A stretch of 61,815 nucleotides of DNA, the filler included, from Nitrospinota bacterium (GTDB taxonomy: Bacteria > JAUXIQ01), in assembly GCA_030620925.1 (NCBI GenBank). It is 10 parts of 10 records of this genome, joined end to end, with 100 filler letters (N's around TTAATTAATTAA, not from the genome) between each part and the next. Parts side by side here need not be neighbours in the genome. Positions count along the whole stretch, not along the records: positions 35,484 to 39,813 come from JAUXIQ010000231.1; positions 39,914 to 53,082 come from JAUXIQ010000016.1; 8 more parts are not named here. One strand, written 5' to 3'. How positions within the stretch are numbered: the stretch's first letter is position 1; each line of letters starts with the position of its first letter. The notes below the pieces were generated by a model. That model saw nothing but the letters and a program-made list of their open reading frames with translations, was not told where the DNA came from and ran no database searches. The position numbers were made by a program, and so were the translations under genes. This document shows positions 37,657-48,010 of the stretch, piece by piece.

Positions 37657-38445
37657 ATGGCTTACGAACATATCCTTTATGAGCTGGAGAATGACGTAGC
37701 TACCGTTACCCTCAACCGCCCCGACAGACTGAACGCCCTGGGGCTTAACATGCGTGAGGAGATACTGGATGCCGTCCTGAGGGCGGAGAAAGAGGCCAGG
37801 GCGCTGGTCATCACCGGCGCCGGCAGGGGGTTTTGCTCCGGCGGAGACGTGAAGGAGATGGCCGAGCGCCGCGAGAAGGAGGGAGACATACTGCAGGGCG
37901 AGCAGGATATGCCCACCCGGGACAGGGTGGTCCTCGCCTTGCGTGAAATGGATATACCGTCAATAGCCTCCGTCAACGGCGTTGCCGCCGGGGCGGGCTG
38001 CAACCTGGCGCTGGCCTGCGACATCCGCATCGCTTCCTCCGAAGCCCGTTTCGGCGAGGTGTTCGTGCGCAGGGGCCTGCATCCGGACTGGGGCGGCACG
38101 TTCTTGCTCCCCTGGCTGGTGGGGACCGCCAAGGCCTGCGAGCTGATCTTCACCGGCGACATCGTCGACGCCGAGGAAGCTCTGAGGCTGGGGATGGTCA
38201 ACCGGGTTGTGCCTCCCGACAGGTTGGAGGAGGAGACCCGCCAGTTCGCCCGGCGCCTGGCCCAGGGCCCGCCCGTGGCCATCAGGATGGCCAAGAGAGG
38301 CATATATAAAAGCATGGTGGAAGGGCTCCGCTCCATACTGGAATATGAATCCTACGCACAATCCATCTGCTCCAAGACGGAGGACGCCGCAGAGGGTATA
38401 AAGGCCTTCGTGGAGAAACGCGAGCCTCAGTTCAAAGGCAGATGA
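37657..38445 (+). CDS. Enoyl-CoA hydratase/isomerase (PaaG-like)
   Basis: TLNRPDRLNAL, GRGFCSGGD, NGVAAGAG, GLHPDWGG, AFVEKREPQFKG. Confidence 0.92.
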   Translation: MAYEHILYELENDVATVTLNRPDRLNALGLNMREEILDAVLRAEKEARALVITGAGRGFCSGGDVKEMAERREKEGDILQGEQDMPTRDRVVLALREMDIPSIASVNGVAAGAGCNLALACDIRIASSEARFGEVFVRRGLHPDWGGTFLLPWLVGTAKACELIFTGDIVDAEEALRLGMVNRVVPPDRLEEETRQFARRLAQGPPVAIRMAKRGIYKSMVEGLRSILEYESYAQSICSKTEDAAEGIKAFVEKREPQFKGR

Positions 38446-38460
38446 GAGGGGGAAAAGAGG

Positions 38461-39609
38461 TTGGACTTCAGCTTATCCCGGGAAGACTTTGAGCTGCAGA
38501 AGCTCGCCCGCGATTTCGTGGAAGAGGAGCTGCTCCCACTGGAGGGGCGGGCCATGGAAGAGGAAGACCAACACCCCGCCGGTCTCCCCCCCGATATACT
38601 CGAAGAGCTGGACGCCTCCGCCCGGCGGCGCGGCCTGTGGGCGCTCAAGACTCCGGCGCAATACGATGGCAGAGAGCTGGGAAAACTACCCTGCTGTCTG
38701 GTGGCCGAAGAGCTGGGGAAGACTATCGTCGATTACGATTTCGGCGGTAACCCCTCGGGCATCCTCTACGAGTGCAGCGGCGAGCAGCGGGAAAAGTTTT
38801 TACTGCCGGTCATCAGGGGGGAGAAGCACGAGGCATTCGCCTTCTCCGATCTGGGAGGAGCTTCAGACCCGGCCGGCATGTCTTCTGCCGCCCGAAAAGT
38901 GGAAGGCGGCTATTCCCTCAGCGGGGCCAAAGTCTGCAGCGGCGGTCTCACCGCCGAGTTTATAAAGGTTTTCGCTAAAGTGGGTGAAGGAGCGGAAGGA
39001 GCCCGCGGTATAACCTGTTTCCTGGTGGAGAAGGATACTCCCGGGCTCAGGCTGGGAGAGGCCATCAGGAGCATGGGCTCGCGGAGGGATCAGGTGGAGC
39101 TGTTTCTGGAAGACTGCGCCGTTGAAGAAAGCAACGTGCTGGGAGAACCGGGGCAGGGCATGGAGATGGCGCAGAAGTGGATCGGCGACGCCCGCCTGGA
39201 GCTGAGCGCGCGCTGCGTGGGCATGGGGGAGAGACTCCTCAACATGAGCCTGGAACACGCCCGCAACAGGGTGACTTTCGGCAAACCCATCGGCGAGCGA
39301 CAGTTTATCCAGGGGATGCTGGCCGATATGGACGTGGGAATAAATGCCGCCAGACTGCTCGTTTACAGCGCCGCATGGAAGGCCGACAGGGGGGAGGACG
39401 TCCGCCGGGATACCGCCCGGGCCAAACTCTACGCCACCGAGACGGTGGGCCGGGCCGCAGACCATGCGCTGCAGATACACGGCCGCATGGGATACCTCAA
39501 AGGCTCGCCGGTTGAAAGAATCTACAGAAACGTGCGCGGCTACCGCATAGCGGAAGGCACCTCTGAAATTCAGCGAATAATACTCGCCCGGAGCCTCCTC
39601 CGGGAATGA
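38461..39609 (+). CDS. Acyl-CoA dehydrogenase family protein with degenerate N-terminal FAD motifs
   Basis: RVTFGKPI..RQ.IQ, LQIHG, RIAEGTSEIQR; TEP motif replaced by SDL. Confidence 0.88.
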   Translation: MDFSLSREDFELQKLARDFVEEELLPLEGRAMEEEDQHPAGLPPDILEELDASARRRGLWALKTPAQYDGRELGKLPCCLVAEELGKTIVDYDFGGNPSGILYECSGEQREKFLLPVIRGEKHEAFAFSDLGGASDPAGMSSAARKVEGGYSLSGAKVCSGGLTAEFIKVFAKVGEGAEGARGITCFLVEKDTPGLRLGEAIRSMGSRRDQVELFLEDCAVEESNVLGEPGQGMEMAQKWIGDARLELSARCVGMGERLLNMSLEHARNRVTFGKPIGERQFIQGMLADMDVGINAARLLVYSAAWKADRGEDVRRDTARAKLYATETVGRAADHALQIHGRMGYLKGSPVERIYRNVRGYRIAEGTSEIQRIILARSLLRE

Positions 39610-39673
39610 GGGGCGTTTTGTTAAGGCCCTTATGCATCCTGTTGCAGGCAATTCCTCTGGCTGAAAAGTTTTC

Positions 39674-39813
39674 TTAATTTCCGCGCCGGGGAATCAGGAG
39701 ATTGAAGAAAGATTTGAGGTGATCTCCTACGAAAATCAGGGCCAGGGCTACTCCCCCCGACACGTGCAGAACTATAACCACCCACAGGTAACCGTGGAAA
39801 GCTCCTCCTGTGT
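39674..39813 (-). CDS. C-terminal fragment of a probable membrane protein (not in the ORF track)
   Basis: Manual translation TGGAFHGYLWVVIVLHVSGGVALALIFVGDHLKSFFNLLIPRRGN*, containing one hydrophobic helix. Confidence 0.4.
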
Positions 39814-39913
39814 NNNNNNNNNNNNNNNNNNNNNNNNNNNNNNNNNNNNNNNNNNNNTTAATTAATTAANNNNNNNNNNNNNNNNNNNNNNNNNNNNNNN
39901 NNNNNNNNNNNNN

Positions 39914-40150
39914 CTGCAAGGGCTGGCCAAAAAATATACTTTTATCAAAGAAGTGCGGGGTAAGGGCCTGCTCACGGGGATAGAGCTCGATTTCGAGGGG
40001 GCCGATATAGTGAAGGAATGCATGGACAGGGGTTTCCTCATCAACTGCACAGTGGGGAACGTGCTGAGGTTCCTGCCTCCGCTGATAGTGGGAACTGAAG
40101 AGGTCAATCTGATGCTGGAATGTCTGGATGAAGTCCTGAAAAAATATTAG
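39914..40150 (+). CDS. argD: Acetylornithine aminotransferase, C-terminal fragment
   Basis: EVRGKGLLTGIEL, GFLINCT, VLRFLPPL; lies upstream of argG. Confidence 0.85.
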   Translation: MQGLAKKYTFIKEVRGKGLLTGIELDFEGADIVKECMDRGFLINCTVGNVLRFLPPLIVGTEEVNLMLECLDEVLKKY

Positions 40151-40199
40151 GGGCGCGTCTGTCGCCTTTGGAAAAGGAGAATGAGAGAGGAAAAGCAGC

Positions 40200-41405
40200 G
40201 TGGACAAGAAAGTTAACAAGATAGTGCTTGCCTATTCCGGAGGGCTCGACACATCGGTGATTCTCAAGTGGCTGCTGGAGGAATACGATTGCCCGGTGGT
40301 CACCTACACCGCCGATCTGGGTCAGGGAGAGGATTTATCCGGGGTGGAAAGCAGAGCGTTGGAGGTGGGCGCGCAGAAATCCTACGTGCTGGACCTGCGT
40401 GAAGAGTTCATCAGCGAATTCGTGTTCCCCATGTTGAGGGCCAACGCCGTCTACCAGGGATACTACCTGCTGGGTACTTCCATCGCCAGGCCGCTTATAG
40501 CCCAGAAGCAGATGGATATAGCGGCGGAGGAAAAAGCCGACGCCGTCTCCCATGGGGCAACGGGCAAAGGGAACGACCAGGTGCGATTCGAGCTCACCTA
40601 TTACACCATCGACCCCTCCATAACCGTTATCGCCCCCTGGCGGGAGTGGAAACTCGACTCTAGAGAATCGCTCATGGAATACGCCGAGGCCAAAGGGCTC
40701 TGGGTGCCGGTCACCAAAGACAAACCCTACAGCATGGACCGCAACCTCTTCCACATGAGCTTCGAGGGGGGTATTCTGGAAAACCCGTGGTTGGAGCCCG
40801 ACGCCGATATGTTCATCCTCACCCGGTCGCCCGAAGAAGCGCCTGATAAGCCCCGATACATAGAGATAGATTATCAGGATGGAAACCCGGTGGCCGTCGA
40901 CGGCCAGCTACTGACCCCCGCACAGCTTCTCCATCATTTGAACAATGTCGGCGGCGAAAACGGCATAGGCCGCGTGGACATGGTCGAAGACAGGTTTGTG
41001 GGGATGAAATCCCGCGGCGTCTATGAGACACCGGGAGGCACCATACTCCATTTGGCCCACCGGGCCGTGGAATCGATCACCATGGACCGCGAGGTGGCCG
41101 GCATCCGCGATTCTCTCATTTCCCAATACGCACAGCTTGTTTACAATGGCTTCTGGTTTTCACCGGAGCGCCGTATGCTTCAGACCTGCATAGACGAAGC
41201 ACAGAAAGGGGTCTCCGGAACGGCGCGGCTCAAACTGTATAAAGGCAACTGCACGGTAGTGGGCCGCAAATCGGACTTTACCCTCTACAGCAGCCAGTTT
41301 GCCACCTTCGAGGCGGACCAGGTCTATTCCCAGCAAGATGCGGACGGCTTCATCCGTCTTAATGCCCTGCGGCTTAAAATCCGCTCCTTGAGGGACAACC
41401 GATAG
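40200..41405 (+). CDS. argG: Argininosuccinate synthase
   Basis: [44 protein letters not shown]. Confidence 0.98.
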   Translation: MDKKVNKIVLAYSGGLDTSVILKWLLEEYDCPVVTYTADLGQGEDLSGVESRALEVGAQKSYVLDLREEFISEFVFPMLRANAVYQGYYLLGTSIARPLIAQKQMDIAAEEKADAVSHGATGKGNDQVRFELTYYTIDPSITVIAPWREWKLDSRESLMEYAEAKGLWVPVTKDKPYSMDRNLFHMSFEGGILENPWLEPDADMFILTRSPEEAPDKPRYIEIDYQDGNPVAVDGQLLTPAQLLHHLNNVGGENGIGRVDMVEDRFVGMKSRGVYETPGGTILHLAHRAVESITMDREVAGIRDSLISQYAQLVYNGFWFSPERRMLQTCIDEAQKGVSGTARLKLYKGNCTVVGRKSDFTLYSSQFATFEADQVYSQQDADGFIRLNALRLKIRSLRDNR

Positions 41406-41472
41406 TTGTCTTCGGGAAGAGTGAGCGAGATGCCGGAAGGGTTGGAATTTTTCTCTCCGGTAATTATAATTA

Positions 41473-42123
41473 ATGGCAATGGGAACCATTTTTGATCTAC
41501 ATCTTCATACCACCCGCTACTCCAATTGCAGTCGGTTATCTCCTCGGGCGGCTATTAAACGGGCCGCCAAGATGGCATTGGACGGCATCGTAATAACTGA
41601 GCATGATACCCCGTGGGGAGAAAACGAGATCGAAGAACTGGCTGAAATAGCCAAGGACCGCAATCTTAAGGTTCTGGTGGGACAGGAACTGCGCGGTTAC
41701 AGGGAAGACGGCTCCATACACGGCGACCTCCTCACCTTCGGCTTCCACGACAAAATCGAATACCGACCCTCCCCCCGGGAAATTATCGACACGGTTCACC
41801 AGGAGGGCGGAGTGGCCCTGGCCGCCCACCCCTTCCGAAGCGAGTTTGGTCTTGAAGACGACGTTTACAAACTGGAGCTGGACGGAATAGAAGTATTGAG
41901 CCCGCATCACCTTATACTGGACACCATGAAAGCCGAGCGAGTGTGCGAAGAATTGAAAATAGCCGGTATCGGGGGAAGCGACGCCCATAGTAAAAGAGAA
42001 GTGGGCAAATTCCTCACCTACTTCGAGAACGAAATCAAGAGCGAAAAAGACCTGGTGGCCGAGATAAAAGCAAAGCGCTGCAAGCCGGTGAGCTACCGGG
42101 AAGCTGTGAAATTGAGGACGTAA
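41473..42123 (+). CDS. PHP-domain metal-dependent phosphoesterase
   Basis: DLHLHT, ITEHD, GQE, AAHPFR, GGSDAH. Confidence 0.9.
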   Translation: MAMGTIFDLHLHTTRYSNCSRLSPRAAIKRAAKMALDGIVITEHDTPWGENEIEELAEIAKDRNLKVLVGQELRGYREDGSIHGDLLTFGFHDKIEYRPSPREIIDTVHQEGGVALAAHPFRSEFGLEDDVYKLELDGIEVLSPHHLILDTMKAERVCEELKIAGIGGSDAHSKREVGKFLTYFENEIKSEKDLVAEIKAKRCKPVSYREAVKLRT

Positions 42124-43554
42124 ATGGATCAAATGCCATCTTGCGATTACGATGTCATAGTGGGCGGAGCGGGGTTAGGCGGTCTTTCCGCCGCCGCCGT
42201 TCTGGTGGACCGGGGGGCCAAAGTGCTTGTGCTGGAGCAGGATAAAGCCCCCGGAGGTTGCTGCCGGACATTAGAAATCGATGGCTACCGCTTCGACATC
42301 GGCCCTTCCGCGTTCACAGGATTCGCCCCTGGAGAACCTCTCCGCGAGTTGTTTCAGAGCCTTAATGCGGAAGAGAAAATCAATGACGCAAGTTTCGCGC
42401 GTCCCCTGGGGACAGGCCCTCAGGTGTTGACGCCCGACCATCCCGTTACCCTTTTCCCGGAGCCACTCAAGTTCAACGAAGAACTGGAGCGTGAATTCCC
42501 GAAGATCGTAAAATATATGACCAAGCTGCATCCACTGCTCATGACCGACAGAAAAGAAAATGGCGACCCCACACGCAACCTCTGCATCTTAGGTATTCCC
42601 GCCACTATGGACCTCAAGCTGATGTGGCTAATGAAGCGCCTTCACAACCATCCTCAGGCCGGGGAATGTATGGAACTTCTCCCCCAGCTCAACTCGCCCA
42701 GCCGACCCAGGGTTAAGCTGGTGGAGATGATCAATGCATTATATTACGCGTTTAATCCATTCTATCTTTTCGCCGGCGGGTCTTCCTCACTGTCCGATTT
42801 CATCGCCGATGCCATCAAGAAAAACGGGGGAGAAGTTAACTACGGGGCAAAGGTGGAGAGTCTGCTCAGGGACCGCGGCCGAGTAGTGGGCGTGACGGCC
42901 ACCATGGAGTCGGTGCGGGAGAATATCACCGCCAGGGCCGTGCTACTCAATTGCGTACCCCGGGTCCACAACGGCGACCTGCTCAAGAAACGTGAAATAG
43001 TCCGGTCCGTGGGCAGAAAACCTCTCAGGGTAAGCCCCTTTTCGCTCCTGCTGGGAATTGATAGAAGGGCCCTGCCTGAGCCGTTAAGTCCTATAGCTGT
43101 TGCCAGACTCAACGGTATAAACATGAAGGGGGTGGGCAGCGCGGTCTATCTCTCGCTTAGCCCGCCCTGGGACAATGGATTTGCTCCTGCCGGAGAAAGG
43201 ACTCTTAAGGCCACCCTATTCCTTAGCGGGATGGATGATCAGGAAGGAGAAACCAAGGCCCTGGCCGGGCTCACCTCGGCACTGGTTGAAGCGCTGACTG
43301 AGGTCATACCCCACCTGCGCAATCATGTAACCTTTATGAAAGCTCTGACTCCAAAGGACTACCAGCAGCTTTGCGGCAGAGAGAAAGGCTCTCTCCTTTT
43401 GAGAAACCAGGGTCTAAGCCTCTATAGCAGGAGGCGAAACTTCGTTAAACCAGCCCGCGGTCTGCGCATGGTGGGAGCGGACAGTCAGGGCGAGCTGGGT
43501 GCCCTGGCAGCCGTGCGTTCAGGATTGAGCGCCGCCAACGACCTCATCCTTTAG
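42124..43554 (+). CDS. Phytoene dehydrogenase-like FAD/NAD(P) oxidoreductase, divergent
   Basis: YDVIVGGAGLGGLSAAA, VLEQ...PGG, GYRFDIGP, GGSSSLSD, TPKDY. Confidence 0.75.
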   Translation: MDQMPSCDYDVIVGGAGLGGLSAAAVLVDRGAKVLVLEQDKAPGGCCRTLEIDGYRFDIGPSAFTGFAPGEPLRELFQSLNAEEKINDASFARPLGTGPQVLTPDHPVTLFPEPLKFNEELEREFPKIVKYMTKLHPLLMTDRKENGDPTRNLCILGIPATMDLKLMWLMKRLHNHPQAGECMELLPQLNSPSRPRVKLVEMINALYYAFNPFYLFAGGSSSLSDFIADAIKKNGGEVNYGAKVESLLRDRGRVVGVTATMESVRENITARAVLLNCVPRVHNGDLLKKREIVRSVGRKPLRVSPFSLLLGIDRRALPEPLSPIAVARLNGINMKGVGSAVYLSLSPPWDNGFAPAGERTLKATLFLSGMDDQEGETKALAGLTSALVEALTEVIPHLRNHVTFMKALTPKDYQQLCGREKGSLLLRNQGLSLYSRRRNFVKPARGLRMVGADSQGELGALAAVRSGLSAANDLIL

Positions 43555-43582
43555 GCTCAAGGGGAAGAAGGATTCCTTCAAC

Positions 43583-44506
43583 CTATCTTCGTCTGGCTGC
43601 AACCAATCTCCCGCCGCTCCTCCTGGACTGCCATGCAGCGAGAATGGGGCTGGCGATGAAAATGGAAGAGTAAGTTCCGACTATCACGCCTATTGCCAGG
43701 GCGAAGGCGAAGTTATGTATGACTTCACCTCCGAATATAGTCAGCACCAGTACCACCATCAGAGTGGTAAGGGAGGTGAGGGCTGTCCTGCTCAGGGTCT
43801 CATTGATGCTGGTGTTTAACGTTTCGAAAATCGTCCCCCTCCTCCGCGCTTTGAGGTTATCCCTCACCCTGTCGAAGACCACTATGGTATCGTTGAGGGA
43901 ATAGCCCACAATGGTCAGTAACGCCGCCACCACTGGAAGGGTGAATTCCTTGTCCATGATTGAGAAGACACCCACCGTTATCACAATATCATGAATCAGG
44001 GCCACTATCGCCGCCACCGCGAATCTGAACTCGAACCTCCAGGAGATATACAGAACTATGGCGCAGAGCGCTATGACAATGGACATGACGGCTTTTTGCC
44101 TCAGGTCCTTCCCCACCTTGGGGCCCACCAGTTCGGTGCGGCGCACTTCGATGGTCTGTTCGGGCAAGGTTTTCCGCAACTGTTCGGTTATTTTACGGCC
44201 CACGTCCTCCAGGCCGCCGGGAGAGGCTTCCAGCCTGACCACTATCTCGTTTTCGCTCCCGAAACGCTGAATCAGGCTGTCTCCCAGACCGATGTCCTTC
44301 AGGCCGGAGCGCACTTCTTTAACGGTCACGGGTGTGGAGAACTTGAGCTGGACCAGAGTCCCGCCGGTAAAATCTATACCGTAGTTCGGCCCGCCTTTGG
44401 CTATGAGGGAAATCAGCCCGGCGATGATGACCAGGGCGGATATATATAGTGCGGCTCTCCTTTTCCCCAGAAAATTTATCTGCGTCCCGGGTTTTATGAA
44501 TTCCAA
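43583..44506 (-). CDS. secF: Protein translocase subunit SecF
   Basis: GIDFTGG, VGPKVG, HD, GYSLNDTIVVFDR, GTYSSIFIA. Confidence 0.97.
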   Translation of the reverse strand: MEFIKPGTQINFLGKRRAALYISALVIIAGLISLIAKGGPNYGIDFTGGTLVQLKFSTPVTVKEVRSGLKDIGLGDSLIQRFGSENEIVVRLEASPGGLEDVGRKITEQLRKTLPEQTIEVRRTELVGPKVGKDLRQKAVMSIVIALCAIVLYISWRFEFRFAVAAIVALIHDIVITVGVFSIMDKEFTLPVVAALLTIVGYSLNDTIVVFDRVRDNLKARRRGTIFETLNTSINETLSRTALTSLTTLMVVLVLTIFGGEVIHNFAFALAIGVIVGTYSSIFIASPILAAWQSRRSGGRLVAARRR

Positions 44507-44539
44507 AGTTTTTGCTCCTCAAAAATATGCTATTATCAG

Positions 44540-46087
44540 TCAGATACTGAGTTTCTGCACCCTGGGTCTTGCCATCAGGGCGTCGAAGAGAGTCCTGGAA
44601 ACGAACAACGACGAGAACAGAGTGCCCATTATCCCCAGGCTCAGCGTAACCGCGAAACCTTTCACCGGGCCGGTTCCGAACTGGAAAAGCACTACGCCCG
44701 CTATGAGGGTGGTAACGTTTGCGTCCAGTATGGTTACCAGGGCCTTGGCAAAACCGTTGTCCACGGCGGCTCTCACCGTTTTGCCCAGGCGCAGCTCCTC
44801 CCTGATGCGCTCGAAAATCAGCACGTTGGCATCAACCGCCATGCCTATGGTGAGTATTATACCTGCTATGCCGGGTAGTGTGAGGGTGGCCCCCAGGTAG
44901 GAGAGGGCGCCCAGGACGATAATGAGGTTCATGAAAAGAGTCACGTCGGCGATGAGACCGGAAAACCCGTAGTATATCACCATGAACACCACGACCAGCA
45001 GACCACCTATGAGTATGGCCTGCAATCCCTGCCGGACCGAATCCTGCCCCAGCGAGGGGCCCACTGTGCGATTCTCCAGGATGGTTACCGGGGCGGGAAG
45101 CGCACCGGAGCGCAGCGCTATGGCCAGCGTCTTCGCCTCTTCCATGGTAAAGCTACCCGTTATTTGAGCCTTTCCGCCGGTTATCGGCTCGTTAATGACA
45201 GGGACGGAGTAGACCACATTATCAAGCACTATTGCCAGCCTGCGCCCCACGTTATCTTCGGTGATGCGCGCGAACTGGCGCGCCCCGCTACCATCAAAAG
45301 TGATGGACACGTAAGGTTGGTTGAATTGCGAGTCGATGGACACCCTGGCGTCGGTCAGCGAAGCGCCGGTGATAACCGTCCTCATCTTCAGAAGCCAGGG
45401 GCGTCTGGATATTTCCTCGCCCGTATCCGTGTTCCTGTTGATCTCATAAAGTATCTCAGAGCCCACTATCTTTTTACCCCTGAGGGCCTCGCTGATATCG
45501 TGTTCCTCATCCAAAAACTTGAATTCCAGGAGGGCCGTCTTCCCGATGAGCTCGAGTGCTCTATCGGGGTCTCTTATATCGGGCAACTGAATCAGCAGCC
45601 TGCGCTCACCCTGCTTCTGTATGGAAGGCTCGGCGACACCGAATTGGTCAATTCGGTTGCGGATGGTTTGCAGGGCTTGGTCCACCGCGATTTCCTTGAT
45701 CTCTTTTATGAATCGTTCGTCCATGGTGTAGACCAGCAGCCCCTTCTCCAGATCGGAGTTGACCAGTTGGAGCGTTGCGTAGTCTTCCATTATGTCTTCT
45801 ACGTCAGCCACCGACCTCTTTTCTCTCAACTGGATGTTTAGGTGCTGCTTATTATCGAGGCTCACGTCCTGGAATCTTATCCGTTTACTGCGCAAGGCAC
45901 CCCTTATTTCAGAAACGTATCGCTCGAAGGTGCTCTCCACCGCCTTTTCCGCTTCCACCCCCAGGACCAGGTGCATGCCTCCCCGGAGGTCAAGACCCAT
46001 TTTTATGTCCTTGATGAAGTAGGAGAGGAGGGAAACGCCCACCACTACGGCAATAACTATAAGTTTGATCTCAATATTTCGTTTCAT
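44540..46087 (-). CDS. secD: Protein translocase subunit SecD
   Basis: GLDLRGG, RNRIDQFGVAEP, LRSGALP, VGPSLG, GMAVDANVLIFERIREE. Confidence 0.97.
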   Translation of the reverse strand: MKRNIEIKLIVIAVVVGVSLLSYFIKDIKMGLDLRGGMHLVLGVEAEKAVESTFERYVSEIRGALRSKRIRFQDVSLDNKQHLNIQLREKRSVADVEDIMEDYATLQLVNSDLEKGLLVYTMDERFIKEIKEIAVDQALQTIRNRIDQFGVAEPSIQKQGERRLLIQLPDIRDPDRALELIGKTALLEFKFLDEEHDISEALRGKKIVGSEILYEINRNTDTGEEISRRPWLLKMRTVITGASLTDARVSIDSQFNQPYVSITFDGSGARQFARITEDNVGRRLAIVLDNVVYSVPVINEPITGGKAQITGSFTMEEAKTLAIALRSGALPAPVTILENRTVGPSLGQDSVRQGLQAILIGGLLVVVFMVIYYGFSGLIADVTLFMNLIIVLGALSYLGATLTLPGIAGIILTIGMAVDANVLIFERIREELRLGKTVRAAVDNGFAKALVTILDANVTTLIAGVVLFQFGTGPVKGFAVTLSLGIMGTLFSSLFVSRTLFDALMARPRVQKLSI

Positions 46088-46158
46088 CTACCAGACCTCA
46101 TCCCGGTCATGTCACTGTAAAAAAATCTCGATAATCTTATCGCTTCTGAATCGGGGTA

Positions 46159-47994
46159 TCATGATATGGATTGTTGTTTGGTCTTCAGTGTGCGCATTCT
46201 GTTGATAGCCGCGGCCAGTTCGAACGGCCGGGGCAAGGCCAGGTTACCCACCTTGGGCGGAAAAAGGACATCCAGTCCTTTCTTCTCCATTTCTTCATAG
46301 AGGATGTCTATGACCTCTTTAAGCGTCGTCCGCCCATCCATTATCCTGCCGGCTGCGTAGCGGATGGCATCGCCGATGGCTCTGGTCTGGCTCACGTCTA
46401 CGAGCTGCTCCAGGGATGAGAGGTTCACGGCGGCCCTGCCGTAGACCAGCGTATGTGTGTCTTTGGCGCTGACTTTCTGGCGCTCACGGCGCGCTTGCGG
46501 CCCTTTTCTCCCCCCGTCCTGTGATTTGTCTTCCCGAGTCTGACTACGGGTGGCGTCGAAGCTTTGAGGCAAGGGGCAGCGATGCGCCACGTCCCCGAAC
46601 CGCTCTCCCCCTTCCTTAGCCCTCCGTTCCTTGAATCTTCCGGCAAGCTCTCTGGCCCCTGTGGTGACGTCCAGCGGTCGGTAGCTGTCCATCTGGATGA
46701 CGGTATCCGCCACGTCGAAGTAGTCGCCGGAGCCGCCCATGACCAGTATGGTGGAGACGCCGTGTTCGTCGTTTAATTGCCTGGCCCTGTCGATGAAGGA
46801 GGTTATGGGTTCGCTCTCTTTGGGAACCAGGGCCTGCATTCTCTGGTCTCGGATCATGAAGTTGGTGGCGGAGGTATCTTCGTCGATGAGAAGAAGCTTG
46901 CTCCCCATTTCCAGTGCTTCCATTATATTTGCCGCCTGCGAGGTGCTGCCGCTTGCGTTTTGAGTGGAGAAGCTCGAGGTGTCCTTCCCGAAGGGGAGAT
47001 TGTTAATGAACGGGCTGATGTCCACCCCGCTTATGCTGCGGCCGTCTTCCGCCCTGATTTTAACCGCATCCTCCCTGGTGACGACAAATTCCCTGCCGTC
47101 TCCCGGAATATGATTGTAAACCCCGCGCTCCAAAGCTTTCAGCAGCGTGGACTTCCCGTGAAACCCTCCGCCTACGATGATGGTTATGCCCTCTGGTATT
47201 CCCATTCCGGTAACCAGACCGTTATTAGGAGTATCAAATTCAATTTTCAGGCTCTCCGGCGTCTGAAAAGGCACGACGCCGGTGGGTAATTCGCCGCCTG
47301 GGGATATGCCCCCGGAGTCTTCAGCCCTGAAGCCGGCGAAGGGCGCCATAGGTCGATCGTCCACCCCGCTATTCCTGGGGAGCAGCGAACCCTGAGCAGC
47401 GAAGGCGACAACTTTTTTCTCCCGCAGGTTTTCTCTTATACAGTCCTGATCCTCGGCGGTTTCCACGTGAAGAGCGATTTCGGAGGCGTTAAGGTTCTTA
47501 TATAGGAGCGAGCCCTCAAAGATTCGCGGCAGTTCGCCGAAGAACATCTCCTCGGCCTCCCGGCCCAGAATCGTCCTTCCCGACGCAGGCAGCCCCATGA
47601 CGAACCTCACTTCTACATACTCATCGGTCACGCAGCAGGAGCTTCTCTCCAGTATTTCCTGGCCGCAGCGGTCGATCTGGATCAGACCGCTGGTCCCTAT
47701 GCCCCTGTTGCCCTTGGCTATCTTGTAAGCCGCGGAAGAGAACGAACGGGTGAGGTAATCCTGAAGGGCCGTTTTGCGAGGGCGGCTGCAGCTCAGCGTT
47801 TCCGGGAAGCATGACTTATCCCTGGCTGTGCGCAAGCTCACACGGGATGGGGATGCGAAGGGGTCTCCCTGAGCGTGATCGATGGATAGGAGATATGCGC
47901 CGAAATCGTAAGCGCCCTGTATGTCTTTGTATGCCTTGTATCCTTTGCGGTCTATCCTTCGAAGGGAATCTCTCAAACGTTCTGCTGGAAGCAT
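46159..47994 (-). CDS. Predicted ABC-class ATPase domain protein (COG3044-like)
   Basis: YKAYKD, DHAQGDPFASPS, GGGFHGKSTLL, RAEDGR, ASGSTSQAANI, DEDTSATNFMIRD; ATG 47994 after RBS AGGAG. Confidence 0.9.
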   Translation of the reverse strand: MLPAERLRDSLRRIDRKGYKAYKDIQGAYDFGAYLLSIDHAQGDPFASPSRVSLRTARDKSCFPETLSCSRPRKTALQDYLTRSFSSAAYKIAKGNRGIGTSGLIQIDRCGQEILERSSCCVTDEYVEVRFVMGLPASGRTILGREAEEMFFGELPRIFEGSLLYKNLNASEIALHVETAEDQDCIRENLREKKVVAFAAQGSLLPRNSGVDDRPMAPFAGFRAEDSGGISPGGELPTGVVPFQTPESLKIEFDTPNNGLVTGMGIPEGITIIVGGGFHGKSTLLKALERGVYNHIPGDGREFVVTREDAVKIRAEDGRSISGVDISPFINNLPFGKDTSSFSTQNASGSTSQAANIMEALEMGSKLLLIDEDTSATNFMIRDQRMQALVPKESEPITSFIDRARQLNDEHGVSTILVMGGSGDYFDVADTVIQMDSYRPLDVTTGARELAGRFKERRAKEGGERFGDVAHRCPLPQSFDATRSQTREDKSQDGGRKGPQARRERQKVSAKDTHTLVYGRAAVNLSSLEQLVDVSQTRAIGDAIRYAAGRIMDGRTTLKEVIDILYEEMEKKGLDVLFPPKVGNLALPRPFELAAAINRMRTLKTKQQSIS

Positions 47995-48010
47995 GTATGC
48001 TCCTGAACCC

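Noticed and set aside
39632..39813. Plus-strand frame with an in-frame TGA (MHPVAGNSSG*KVFL...) as a possible selenoprotein
   Set aside because: No Cys/Sec-type motif or convincing SECIS; the minus strand gives a more plausible membrane-protein C-terminus.
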